Positions 46,109-55,556 of a DNA stretch of 64,000 nucleotides are shown piece after piece. How positions within the stretch are numbered: position 1 is the first letter of the stretch; each line of letters begins with the position of its first letter. Made by a program: the position numbers and the translations under genes. A model generated the notes under the pieces. The model ran no database searches and was not told the origin of the DNA. It saw only the letters and a list, made by a program, of their open reading frames with translations. Source of the DNA: Candidatus Bathyarchaeota archaeon (GTDB taxonomy: Archaea > Thermoproteota > Bathyarchaeia > Bathyarchaeales > DTEX01); assembly GCA_963714275.1 (NCBI GenBank), contig CAVQNT010000005.1, positions 64,001 through 128,000 on the forward strand, given 5' to 3'.

Positions 46109-47293
46109 GTGGTTCATGTGAATAAGAACGTTAAGGTCATCTTTGTCTCAGGTCTCCTTTCTGCTTTTATTATTGGAATTTTTGAGCTTCTTTTTCCGTT
46201 CTACCTTGAATACAGGGGTATTTCACTTGTTGACATGGGTTTGATCTTCAGTGTTTCAATGCTTGTCATATCTTTTCTCCGCATCCTTCTGGGAGAGTAT
46301 GCTGACGTTTATGGCAAAAAGAAGGTCTATTTGGCTTCGTGCACTATGGGGATTGCGTCAAAGGCAGTCTTCCCTTTTTCATTTAACGAATTACAGATTC
46401 TGGGCACAAAGTTCCTGAATGATTTGCAGGACAACCTTCGATTAACGGTTCATAACATTATGCTTTACGAAAATGTGAGGAACTCTTATGCTAAACTTCT
46501 GTCATGGTTCACGACAATTGAATTCGTTCTTCAGGCTTCGGGTACCATTTTCTTTGCTTTATTCTTGTCTTACCTGAATTTTTCGGGGCTTTTTCTTATT
46601 CTTGCATCAGTGGAAGCTGCTAAATTCCTCATATTGCTATTGTACCGAGAGGACAACAGGAAAGAAGGCAAAAAATTGTCTCTTAGAGAGGCTTATAGCT
46701 TCAAGATTGAAAGGAACCTTCTTATTTTGTCTTTGACATCGGCTGTTGCGTCGCTCGGGTTCGGAATTGCCCACGGTTTCCTTTTGCCATTGTATTTTAT
46801 GGGTAAATACAACCTTGATGTTGCACAAATATCCATCATTACGGTGCTGCATAGGCTGTCTTTCATGACTACGCCTTTAGCCGATAGGTTCATAAGAAAG
46901 TTGGGACTGCGGTCAACATACATCTTTTCAACCTCAGCGTATGCTCTTTCTTTTTTGGTAATAGGTTTTTGGACTTTTCCGATTCCAGTGTTTGTGGCTT
47001 TGTTCCTCGTCCACGACCTTTTGGGAGGAGGAATCGGGATGACAGCGATGAGCGTAATTACGCAGAATCTTACCGACGATGAAACGCGTGCAAGGCAAAT
47101 TAACACTTTTAATGCAATCCAAACTCCTATGACGATTTTGGCTCCAAGCATATCAGGAATGTTGGCAGCAATGAGCTGGGACTACACCTTCATTGCTGGA
47201 GGATTTTTTTATTGCATCTCATTAGCCATTTTCTCCGTTCTCTTGAAAAGTGAATCTCTCATCCCAAAATCTACCATCAAACAAGAAGTTTAA
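46109..47293 (+). CDS. MFS transporter
   Basis: GEYADVYGKK and LADRF motifs, about 12 TM helices. Confidence 0.88.
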   Translation: MVHVNKNVKVIFVSGLLSAFIIGIFELLFPFYLEYRGISLVDMGLIFSVSMLVISFLRILLGEYADVYGKKKVYLASCTMGIASKAVFPFSFNELQILGTKFLNDLQDNLRLTVHNIMLYENVRNSYAKLLSWFTTIEFVLQASGTIFFALFLSYLNFSGLFLILASVEAAKFLILLLYREDNRKEGKKLSLREAYSFKIERNLLILSLTSAVASLGFGIAHGFLLPLYFMGKYNLDVAQISIITVLHRLSFMTTPLADRFIRKLGLRSTYIFSTSAYALSFLVIGFWTFPIPVFVALFLVHDLLGGGIGMTAMSVITQNLTDDETRARQINTFNAIQTPMTILAPSISGMLAAMSWDYTFIAGGFFYCISLAIFSVLLKSESLIPKSTIKQEV

Positions 47294-47430
47294 TTATTGC
47301 TGAAGACCATTAATCTCGAATCTTCAATAATTCAGAATACTGCTCTTAGGTTCCACTAAAAGTTAATTTTTCTGTCAGTATCTTGGATGTTTAAATACAG
47401 GCATGATATATAGAGAAATTAAAGTTTGAA

Positions 47431-47914
47431 CTAGTTTTTCAAGTATGTTCGGTAGTTCACGAGTTTTATGCTTTTTCGCGTAACTATTTCTTTAGTTTTT
47501 GGACTTAACAAACATTTTAATTCTGCTAGTCTATGATTTCCTACTCCTTCAGGCATCACGTGAGACGGTTCCGTATGCATAAGAGCTTGAGATTCAAGTG
47601 AGTCTACCAAGAGATGGTTAACTAACAACCAAAGTCCCGGAGTTAATTCATCAAGTTGCTTAGTGAGATTTGATTCCTTTTCTGAAGGATGAATAGTATA
47701 TACACCCGCAACAATCTTCTAGTCTGAATGACCTGAAATTGGCAGCTTATATTCCGCTGAAAGTTCCTTCACTACCTTAAGGAATTCTTTCTCTCTGCCA
47801 GATTCTTCGCTATCGCCTATGTAGTGTGTGTCAAGATAACATGGATTTACGCCCCATTTCATTAGAAGCTCAATTTGGGCTTTAATCTCATTTTTCACTT
47901 CAATGTAGTCAGGA
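47431..47914 (-). pseudogene. ChbG/YdjC-family deacetylase, 3' half (disrupted by insertion; in-frame TAG near 47720)
   Basis: PDYIEVKNEIKAQIE...YLDTHY...LTPGLWLLVNH...RLAELKCL continues the frame of 52586-52915. Confidence 0.85.
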
Positions 47915-47932
47915 CAACAGAATAGTTAACTT
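47908..47932. repeat. attL: core GTCAGGA plus arm CAACAGAATAGTTAACTT
   Basis: Arm is an imperfect inverted copy (14/18) of the right arm. Confidence 0.8.
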
Positions 47933-47961
47933 TATATATTAATCAGTAGTATTCTTTCAGT

Positions 47962-49162
47962 ATGGCAAAATTAGAGTATCTTAAACAATATGGCAGCGTC
48001 CAAACCGTTAATGCATACAAAAGCGGTTTGAAAGATTTTTTCCAAGCAATCTATAACGAACGAAACGGGCTTGAAGGATTAGCTGAAAGATACCTTAATG
48101 ACAAGCGGAATTATGAAGAAGACATTCAGACCTTTTTAATAGCGATCAAGGACTACGCACCTAAAACCGTAAAACTTAGACTTACTGCAGTTCGTATGTT
48201 TCTTTTAGAGAATGGAATAGAGATGTCTCAACAGTTCTGGAGAAGGATAAGAGGAAGAGTAAGAGGAACGAGAGGCTCTAACGCTTGACAAGGTCCCGAG
48301 CAATGAAGAATTAAGGAAAATCATGACACACTTACCAGTTCAAGGAAAGGCTCTGTTTCTGACAATGTGCAGTTCAGGAATGAGGATCGGTGAAGCTCTT
48401 AGTCTTGTGCCTGAAAACATAGAGTTCGGAGATCCTACACGTATTAACATTCAAGCGTCGTTTACGAAGACCAAAAACTCGAGGATAGCGTTTATTTCAA
48501 AAGAAGCCAGCGAAGCCGTCGAGGAATGGCTCAAGGTCAGAAAAGACTATTTGGGTTCAGCCGTCGCAAGAAGCCGATTTGGAAAGTCTATTGATGATCC
48601 TAGGATTTTTCCATTCACAAGTTTTAATGCAAGGTATATTTGGAATATTGCCTTAAAGAAGACTGGAAACGGGAAAAAGGACACTCAGACAAACTATCAT
48701 CTTGTGCATCCTCACGTATTGCGAAAGTTCTTTCGGACTCGGATGGCTACAATTATTCCCGTCGACGTAACCGAAGCTTTGATGGGTCATGAAGGTTATT
48801 TGACTGAGGTTTACCGTAGATACACGCCTGAGGACTTAGCCAAGTTCTACAAGCAAGGAGAACTATCTATTTCAATATTCGGCGGCGTAGTGGATCTACA
48901 ACAGATTCAAAAACAAGTTGATGAAAAAGTAGATGATAAAATAGGAGCTTTGCAGAAAGTCATAGACCGTTATGCTACTGAAAATTTGGAGTCTAAAAGC
49001 CGTCTCTCTAGTATAGAGCTTGAAATCACACAATTATCAGAGATTTTCAAAGAATTTAAGAAGAAAGCTCTAAAAATTTTTCAACTGTCATATTTTCCTG
49101 TTTCAAAATTAAGACTTTCCGACCCAAAAAGACCATTGTTTTATCTTATCGCATTAAGATAA
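47962..49162 (+). CDS. Tyrosine integrase with core-binding domain and C-terminal coiled coil (frameshift near 48270)
   Basis: SGMRIGE, TKTK, HPHVLRKFF, LMGH, YLTEVY. Confidence 0.92.
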
Positions 49163-49530
49163 ACTCAGGGGTCCGACCAAAAAACACCATATTTAATGTT
49201 ATATATGATAATATTAAATGGCTCATTGTTTTATCCTTCGCAATAAATCAGTTATAATTATCTAAACTAAGGATAAAGGCTGAAACAGCTATAATTCACT
49301 CAACTAAGAATATAATAAAAGTCATCATGAAGAATATAATTAAACAGCTATACTTTTGAGGCGAAAAGGCTAGGGTAAACACCTCAGATATGCCACTACA
49401 ATTTTTTAAACTGTTTCCATAAACTTATATACATCGTTAAGTTAGATCAGGGCATTGGTCATTAGGTTGTGCGTTTATGGTATGACGATAAAATCGCAAG
49501 ATAAACGTCATTCAAACCATAGGACAACAC

Positions 49531-49752
49531 TTGAAAAATTCTGAAAAAACGACTGAATCAGTAAAGATTCTCGACCACGATTTTGAATTTCCGTCTTGTA
49601 TTGGCAGAAAGACCGCTGAACCGCTGAGTACATGCAAAGGCTGCGAGGTTGCAAGCCTTTGTGAATGGCTGAAAATCAAGTTTGTTTCCCGAGAACCTGT
49701 AATCCAGTTCACGGAAAAATTTGAAAAAATTTTAGGAGCAATAAAAATTTGA
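49531..49752 (+). CDS. Small Cys-rich element protein
   Basis: C-x11-CKGC-x5-C. Confidence 0.55.
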   Translation: MKNSEKTTESVKILDHDFEFPSCIGRKTAEPLSTCKGCEVASLCEWLKIKFVSREPVIQFTEKFEKILGAIKI

Positions 49753-49813
49753 CGAAGGTTTCAAGGCAACGACTGAAACGGAAAACACCAAGCACTGATA
49801 GAAGGAAAAGGTA

Positions 49814-49987
49814 ATGACTTTCAAGTTTTTCTTTTATGCTCCGTCAAGTAGAATCTTGTTCAAAATTTGCGACGTATGTAAAAAACCATTCGTAAATGGT
49901 GATTTATGCGTTTCAAGGCTTGGCGGATCTTCAATTCATGTTATCGGTCATTACTGTCAAGGTTGCTATGAAAAATTGTTCAGGTGA
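49814..49987 (+). CDS. Small Zn-finger protein (57 aa, missing from ORF track)
   Basis: MTFKFFFY...CDVCKKPFVNGD...HYCQGCYEKLFR; paralogue of the next gene. Confidence 0.7.
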   Translation: MTFKFFFYAPSSRILFKICDVCKKPFVNGDLCVSRLGGSSIHVIGHYCQGCYEKLFR

Positions 49988-49991
49988 CTGA

Positions 49992-50204
49992 ATGGTTTTT
50001 AGAACGTATGTTTTTCAGTCTTGGGCTCGGTTTTCAGGCTTGAGATGTGACGTTTGCGGTCACCGATTTGTAGAAAATGACATCGTAGTTACTAAGACTC
50101 AAGGTGCAAAAGAAAGGAAAAAATGGGAAAGAAAAAACGTCTTAACCCATTATTGTGGCAAATGTTATAATAATTTGTATTTTCAAGGGGAGGTGATTGA
50201 ATGA
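49992..50204 (+). CDS. Small Zn-finger protein
   Basis: CDVCGHRFVEND...HYCGKCYNNLY. Confidence 0.7.
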   Translation: MVFRTYVFQSWARFSGLRCDVCGHRFVENDIVVTKTQGAKERKKWERKNVLTHYCGKCYNNLYFQGEVIE

Positions 50205-50419
50205 AAAGAAGAACACCAATAAGACATCATGTTTCAAGCCATGTTCGGGATGGACATCATATCCACGATTATATGAGAGGTCGAGGGAACCGAGGAAATT
50301 CGTATGTTCGAAGGACTAGGATCCAAGAAGGGATTTACTGCAAAACTGATAAGTCTATAAAAACGAAACATTGCGGGAAATGCAGCGATAAGCTGAGAGG
50401 ATTATTCAACATCTCATGA
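50201..50419 (+). CDS. Small His/Arg-rich basic protein
   Basis: MKRRTPIRHHVSSHVRDGHHIHDYMRGRG...HCGKC; GGAGGTGA RBS; ATGA overlap with previous gene. Confidence 0.65.
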   Translation: MKRRTPIRHHVSSHVRDGHHIHDYMRGRGNRGNSYVRRTRIQEGIYCKTDKSIKTKHCGKCSDKLRGLFNIS

Positions 50420-50885
50420 GCCAAGAGCTTACCACGTGACCTTTGGATACTTAGACGGTTCTAATGAAGTCGTCGAAATAATTGCAAGGTCGCCAAAGGA
50501 GGCTTTACACGGTGCTGATAATAAGAGAAAACGAAAGGATCAGAGAGCTGTCTCAGTGGTCGTAACGAATTCTATCGGTGAAATCGTCGGAAAACTGGCT
50601 CGAGGAATCGGTTCAGGCGTCAAAAAGGTTGCTAAGGGAGCTATGATTTTAGGAAAACAAGCCTATTGGAAAGGTAAAGAGTTTGCTTATGAACATGAGC
50701 TCGGTGAAAAATTAAAGAATGTCGGTCGTTCTGCTGCTGTTGCACTAGCAAAACACCAAAAAAACGTTAAGGCTGAACAGCTCATAAGAAAAGCGTTCAG
50801 TTCTGACCGTGTCGAATCAGTTAAAGCAAGAGTCGAACTTAAACAAAAATATCCAGAAATCTACTTGGCGGCTCGTTTCAGGTGA
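50416..50885 (+). CDS. Basic hypothetical element protein
   Basis: 149-aa K/R-rich ORF with amphipathic GKLARGIGSGVKKVAKG segment; true start probably at the ATGA overlap at 50416. Confidence 0.6.
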
Positions 50886-50933
50886 TAATATTGACTAAAA
50901 AGACCGATTTCAAGGGTTATAGAAGGTGACTTA

Positions 50934-51083
50934 ATGGACGTTTTAAATAACCTTGTTCAGTATCTCATGATTCACCCTTGGCATTGTGTTTTAGCTGTTG
51001 CGATTGCTGGCTCTGTAATTTTGTATTTTTTGTATGACTGGCTCGGAAATCAGTCCTCGAGACCTCGGAAAAGTGGATGGTGA
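50934..51083 (+). CDS. Small single-TM protein (49 aa, missing from ORF track)
   Basis: MDVLNNLVQYLMIHPWHCVLAVAIAGSVILYFLYDWLGNQSSRPRKSGW; AGGTGA RBS. Confidence 0.6.
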   Translation: MDVLNNLVQYLMIHPWHCVLAVAIAGSVILYFLYDWLGNQSSRPRKSGW

Positions 51084-51562
51084 AGACTTAGGCATTTGTA
51101 GAGGAAAAGCTCGACCTTTCAATGTAAAAGATGCCCATTGTATGAGCTAACTGTCTATTTAATAAAAAATTAGTAAAAATCGGCGATGGTGACGCTGACG
51201 CTGCGTTACGATATCAACGATGGACCCCTTAGAACCTTGTTTTAGTAAACCATTTAATAAACTGAAAGCCATGATTCAATATAATTAGTAATCTTAAGTC
51301 TAAGATATCGAATTCGAAGACCTCTTCGATGCAGTAATGCCCATTCCCTAGGGGAAAATAATTCTTTTTTAAGGTTCTTTTAATGGTCTCATACAAAATT
51401 ATATATATCACACTAAATAGTCATTTAGTGTGAAACGTTTGGTTTTCAGCGGAAATTACTAAAAAGTCTGTTTTCCGTTTAGAGGAAGAAGACATAAACC
51501 GAAAAAAAAATAAATGTGTGTGCTAAAACCCGACTTTAAAAATTTGGAAGTGTCGAAACAAT

Positions 51563-51802
51563 TTGAAGACTATAGCCCAAATAGTTAGTGAGAGTGGACA
51601 CAGTTACTATTTGGTTTTGAACGAAGTGTTAAGGCATAATGAAGAAGTTAAGAGCCTTGGTTACTGTTCACGCTGTAGAAAGGCGAAGAGTGAGGCTGAG
51701 ACGGTATTAATTCCGACTGGTTCACGCAGAGATTTGGAACACGCTGCAATGATGGAATATGCAATGGCTCAAGCCAAGGCTCAAGGTAAAAAAGAGGTCT
51801 AA
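51563..51802 (+). CDS. Small protein with HTH-like start and CxxC
   Basis: KTIAQIVSESGHSYYLVLNEVLRH...YCSRCRK. Confidence 0.55.
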   Translation: MKTIAQIVSESGHSYYLVLNEVLRHNEEVKSLGYCSRCRKAKSEAETVLIPTGSRRDLEHAAMMEYAMAQAKAQGKKEV

Positions 51803-51807
51803 AAACA

Positions 51808-52522
51808 ATGTTAAAGAAATCTAGATATCGAAATAAGAGAGAAGAAACTCTTTCAGCGGTTGAATTTGAAGGATTTTATGAGAATGCCAAGAAGCTTGAA
51901 GAACTTAGAGAAATTAATAGAAAAACGGCTGCAGGTCCAGCCGCATTGAGAATTAAACCAATTTCTGTTTGTGGTCTTCTCAGCATTCTTTTCTATACTG
52001 GATTAAGGATAACTGAGATTTGTGGTGATCCCATTCACATTTACAAAGTTAAAGTATGGGATAATACCACAAGTCCAAAAACTTGGACTGGTGAATATGA
52101 AGAAAAGAAGTCTGAAGAGATCCACGGCATACTTAAAAAGAATGTTGAAATTGTAGGAGATAAGTGAAGAATTACCGCAAGAGAGGTTCGAAAACGTGGC
52201 AAAAGACTTTCACCTCTTTTTATTCCGATTGACCGTTTAGGTGTTCAAAGTATAATTGAAGCTTGGAAGCTGGCAAAGGGTCCAGAAGATAGAATTTTTC
52301 CAATATGCCGCTGGACTGGCTGGTTTTTAATCTCAAATGTTACGAACGGGCGATTATATCCTCATTATTTTCGCCTCAATAGAGACTTCAAAATTCGCAG
52401 AAAATAAGAAGACTACATTAATAGAATTATTAGCTTGGTTCGGCTGGAAACAACCTGAAACCGCAAGTCACTATTTAATTGCTGCGGGACGAACGACCGA
52501 AAATATGGCTGACCGATTATAA
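51808..52522 (+). CDS. Second tyrosine recombinase, catalytic domain only (two frameshifts)
   Basis: YTGLRITE, bridging frame RITAREVRKRGKR...RLYPHYFRLNR, WFGWK, ASHY. Confidence 0.8.
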
Positions 52523-52568
52523 TTATGACAGTGGAATGATAGCTGGCTACGGCTGAGAGATTATAAAT

Positions 52569-52592
52569 AAGTTGACTAATTAGTTGTCAGGA
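52569..52592. repeat. attR: arm AAGTTGACTAATTAGTTG plus core TCAGGA
   Basis: Inverted relative to the left arm; core duplicated. Confidence 0.8.
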
Positions 52593-52915
52593 TTACTGTC
52601 AAAGAATTCCCGTGGAGACCTATGAAAAAAGCCATCATCATCCGTGATGCTTGATAAGTGGTCATATGGAAGCACTGGCCTCCATGGGTATCCTCTCCAT
52701 TCTCCAATGACTGCCAGATGGACGCCTAAGCACCAAGATGGATTAACCTTCGCCATTTCAGCTGCTTCACGAGCCCAAGGAGTAGGTGCCAATATGGCAG
52801 CGCAGGTTAGAATACCTTCTTTAAAGGCTTTGGACACAGCCAAGTTGCATGAATGCAGACTGCCCATGCCGTCGCCACGGACAATAAGCTTAATGCCTTT
52901 ATCTGAGGATCGCAT
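52586..52915 (-). pseudogene. ChbG/YdjC-family deacetylase, 5' half
   Basis: LIVRGDGMG (family consensus xDDxG), LGVHL, GEW; breaks at NPD exactly at the att core. Confidence 0.85.
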
Positions 52916-52994
52916 AGTATCGCCTGCTGTGAATATTATTGACTATGTTTTTTCAAAATTTTTTGTTAGTTGTTAGTAACCCATCGTAAAATGA

Positions 52995-53409
52995 TTATGG
53001 GAGTCTAAAGTAGTATCTTGGCCATTGAGGCCATGTTGAAGAGGACTCGGTGTCGAAGTCTACTTCCAGCTCGATTCCAACCTTTAACTTTTCGTGTTCA
53101 ACGTTTCTTATCATTCCAGGCAGCCTAAGCCCATTTTCCAACTCTACGATGCCGTATGCGTAGGGAGCCATGTTCTGAAACAGTTCAGGAGCAATGTGGA
53201 TAACGGTGTATGTCGCCAGTTTCCCTCTCGGCTTAAGCTGGGTCCATGCAAGCTCTTTTGAATAGCAGTTTGAACACACGGGTCTCGGGGGCAAATACAA
53301 GGTTCCGCATCGAGCGCATTTAGCTGCCATCAGCTTTCTCTTTCAAGGACTTGAAGAACTGCTCAATAGTGAACGGAGGCACATTAACCTGCTGACCTGT
53401 TCCTTCCAT
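52995..53409 (-). CDS. DUF35 Zn-ribbon/OB-fold thiolase partner (frameshift near 53340)
   Basis: CARC..PPRPVCSNC, TYTVIH, PYAYGIVEL. Confidence 0.9.
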
Positions 53410-54590
53410 CATTTACTCCTCCTGAAAACGTGGACCAGACACGAAGCTCCACTTCCGCCAAGATTTTGCGTCAAACCAACACTGCAACCTTCGACCTGCC
53501 GTTTTTCAGCTTGCCCCGTTAACTGAAGGAAAATTTCGTACACCTGAGCTATGCCTGTTGCACCAACCGGATGCCCTTTAGATTTTAAGCCGCCACTAGT
53601 ATTGACTGGAAGGTCTCCATCCAAAGTTGGCACGCCCTTTTCGATGAATTTTCCTCCTTCTCCAGGCTTACAGAATCCCAAGTCTTCGTAGGCGATTAAT
53701 TCAGCTATCGTGAAACAATCGTGCACCTCAGCTATATCTACGTCGGCAGGTTTTATACAAGCCATATTGTAGGCTTCTTTCGCTGCGTTTATGGTAGCTT
53801 TTATTGAGGTGAAGCTTTCCCTTTGGAAAAGTCCAAGGGTGTCGCTTGCGTGACCTGAACCTGTTATGTAAACCGGGTTATCTGCGTATTTCTTGGCAAT
53901 CTCCGGTTTCGTTAGAACAACGCAGCTGGCTCCATCCGAAATTAGGGAGCAGTCATAAAGCTTAAGGGGGGTCGCAATCATCCTCGAAGCCATCACTGTT
54001 TTAAGCGAAACCTCTTTTTGGATGTGGGCCTTCGGATTTAAGGAACCGTTATGGTGATTTTTCACCGCAATGAGACCCATCTGCTGCTCAGTTGTGCCAT
54101 ATTCATGCATGTGAGCCGTAGCCATCAACGCGAAGAGTCCCGGAAACGTGATGCCGTTCCACTGTTCAAAAGGATAGTCTGCTGCCATTCCCAGAAACTC
54201 GGTGGTTTCTAAAGTGGTTTTCTTCGTCATCTTCTCGAACCCGCCCACCAGAACAACATCATAGAAGCCGGATAGTATGCTGAAAATCCCAGTCCTCAAC
54301 GCAGCGGCAGACGAAGCGCACGCAATCTCAGTTCGGATTGCTGGAACAGGCAGAAGCCCTGCCCAGTCTGAAAGCATAGGCGCCGAGTGACCCTGGTGTT
54401 CGAAGCTTTCGCTCATCATGCCGATGAAGAGACCTTTAACGTCTTTTTTCGGGTTCAAGTTTGGGCATCTTTCAAAAGTTTCTAATGCTGCTTGGGCGAA
54501 CAGTTCTCTTCCTGAAAAGTCTTCCATCTTGCCGAACTTGGACAACCCCGCTGACACGATGGCGACAAGCGGCTTTCCTTTCAACGCCAA
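53409..54590 (-). CDS. Archaeal acetyl-CoA acetyltransferase (SCP2-type thiolase)
   Basis: EIACASS, SDGA, EVHDCF, SGGLKSKGHPVGATG. Confidence 0.93.
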   Translation of the reverse strand: MALKGKPLVAIVSAGLSKFGKMEDFSGRELFAQAALETFERCPNLNPKKDVKGLFIGMMSESFEHQGHSAPMLSDWAGLLPVPAIRTEIACASSAAALRTGIFSILSGFYDVVLVGGFEKMTKKTTLETTEFLGMAADYPFEQWNGITFPGLFALMATAHMHEYGTTEQQMGLIAVKNHHNGSLNPKAHIQKEVSLKTVMASRMIATPLKLYDCSLISDGASCVVLTKPEIAKKYADNPVYITGSGHASDTLGLFQRESFTSIKATINAAKEAYNMACIKPADVDIAEVHDCFTIAELIAYEDLGFCKPGEGGKFIEKGVPTLDGDLPVNTSGGLKSKGHPVGATGIAQVYEIFLQLTGQAEKRQVEGCSVGLTQNLGGSGASCLVHVFRRSK

Positions 54591-54779
54591 CTTCTCCTCA
54601 AGACCAGACGCATAATTCAGTGTATGCCTTTTAGTTCAGTTCGTTGTATTTATTTTTACTGCGATTCGGAGAAAAACTAAGTGCTAAACGAGGGAAAACC
54701 CTAAAGTTACTTAATTCAATTGCGCAGTACCAGTAACGCTATTATATTTGTTGTTGCCGTGTAAATAGTGCATGTTCAA

Positions 54780-54870
54780 GCCTCGGTGGCTTAGCGGTTA
54801 GAGCAACAGCCTTGTATCCTCAAAAAAGAAAGAAAGTTGTGGATCGCGGGTTCAAATCCCGCCCGGGGCT
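54780..54870 (+). tRNA. tRNA-Thr(TGT) with 18-nt intron at 37/38 (54817-54834)
   Basis: GCCTCGG/CCGGGGC acceptor stem, U73, ACAGC-CT-TGT-A|A-GTTGT, GGTTCAAATCCC. Confidence 0.9.
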
Positions 54871-54973
54871 TTAAACGAATTCGTTTAAAAATATGTTTCT
54901 AGAATATCTTAAAACGTGGGAAATGGCTCCTTACACTTGGTGCAGATGTTCTTATTACTTTTTTGAATGAAGA

Positions 54974-55492
54974 TCATTTGAAGATTTTTGGCTTTCTCCA
55001 TTCGTCCCTGAGAATACTGTATAGGGCTCCGTCTTTCCATTCTCTCCTGATAAAAACCGATTTACGTATCAGTCCTTCCCTACTGAATCCTGCCTTTTCT
55101 AAAACTCTAATTGAAGCAATGTTTTTCGGGTTTGCCTCAGCCTCAATACGGACTATGCCAGTCGAGAGGAAGAGGTAGTCCACAACGATTTTAATAGCCT
55201 TAGTCCCAAATCCCTTGTTTCTTTCGTTAGGCATAACTCTGAAGCCTACAGAATAATGAGGACCTCTCGGACAACAGATTATTTGACCAATTTTGGTTCC
55301 ATCCTTCTTCTCGATAATAAACCACTTCTCCTCAGGACGGAGACCATCAAACCACTTCTCAAACTCAGCAAAAGAACTTTGTATGAAAGGTTCAAACTCG
55401 CCTGAGAACCTTGGGTCATTATTCCATTCAGCGAAAAGAGGCAGATCTTCTTTTTCCAAAATTCTCAAACGGACATTTTTTCCTTCAAGCAA
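54974..55492 (-). CDS. RimL-type GNAT N-acetyltransferase
   Basis: RNKGFGT, NIASIRVLEKAGFSREG. Confidence 0.9.
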   Translation of the reverse strand: MLEGKNVRLRILEKEDLPLFAEWNNDPRFSGEFEPFIQSSFAEFEKWFDGLRPEEKWFIIEKKDGTKIGQIICCPRGPHYSVGFRVMPNERNKGFGTKAIKIVVDYLFLSTGIVRIEAEANPKNIASIRVLEKAGFSREGLIRKSVFIRREWKDGALYSILRDEWRKPKIFK

Positions 55493-55556
55493 TTCTCGTC
55501 ACGGTTGATTGGTTTTTCTTTTCGGAACCAATAAGGATTATTCAAATAAGTTGAGT

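Larger units (their letters stand above)
47915..52585. mobile_element. ~4.7-kb integrative element with two tyrosine recombinases, inserted in the ChbG/YdjC gene
   Basis: Direct repeat GTCAGGA at 47908-47914 and 52586-52592, imperfect inverted terminal arms, in-silico excision restores the host reading frame. Confidence 0.9.

Noticed and set aside
47719-47721. In-frame TAG in ChbG as pyrrolysine recoding
   Set aside because: The gene is already disrupted, and no pyl genes or other amber read-through cases are in the window
49118-49352. Repeats as a mini-CRISPR array
   Set aside because: Repeats are heterogeneous pairs without regular spacers, and there are no cas genes
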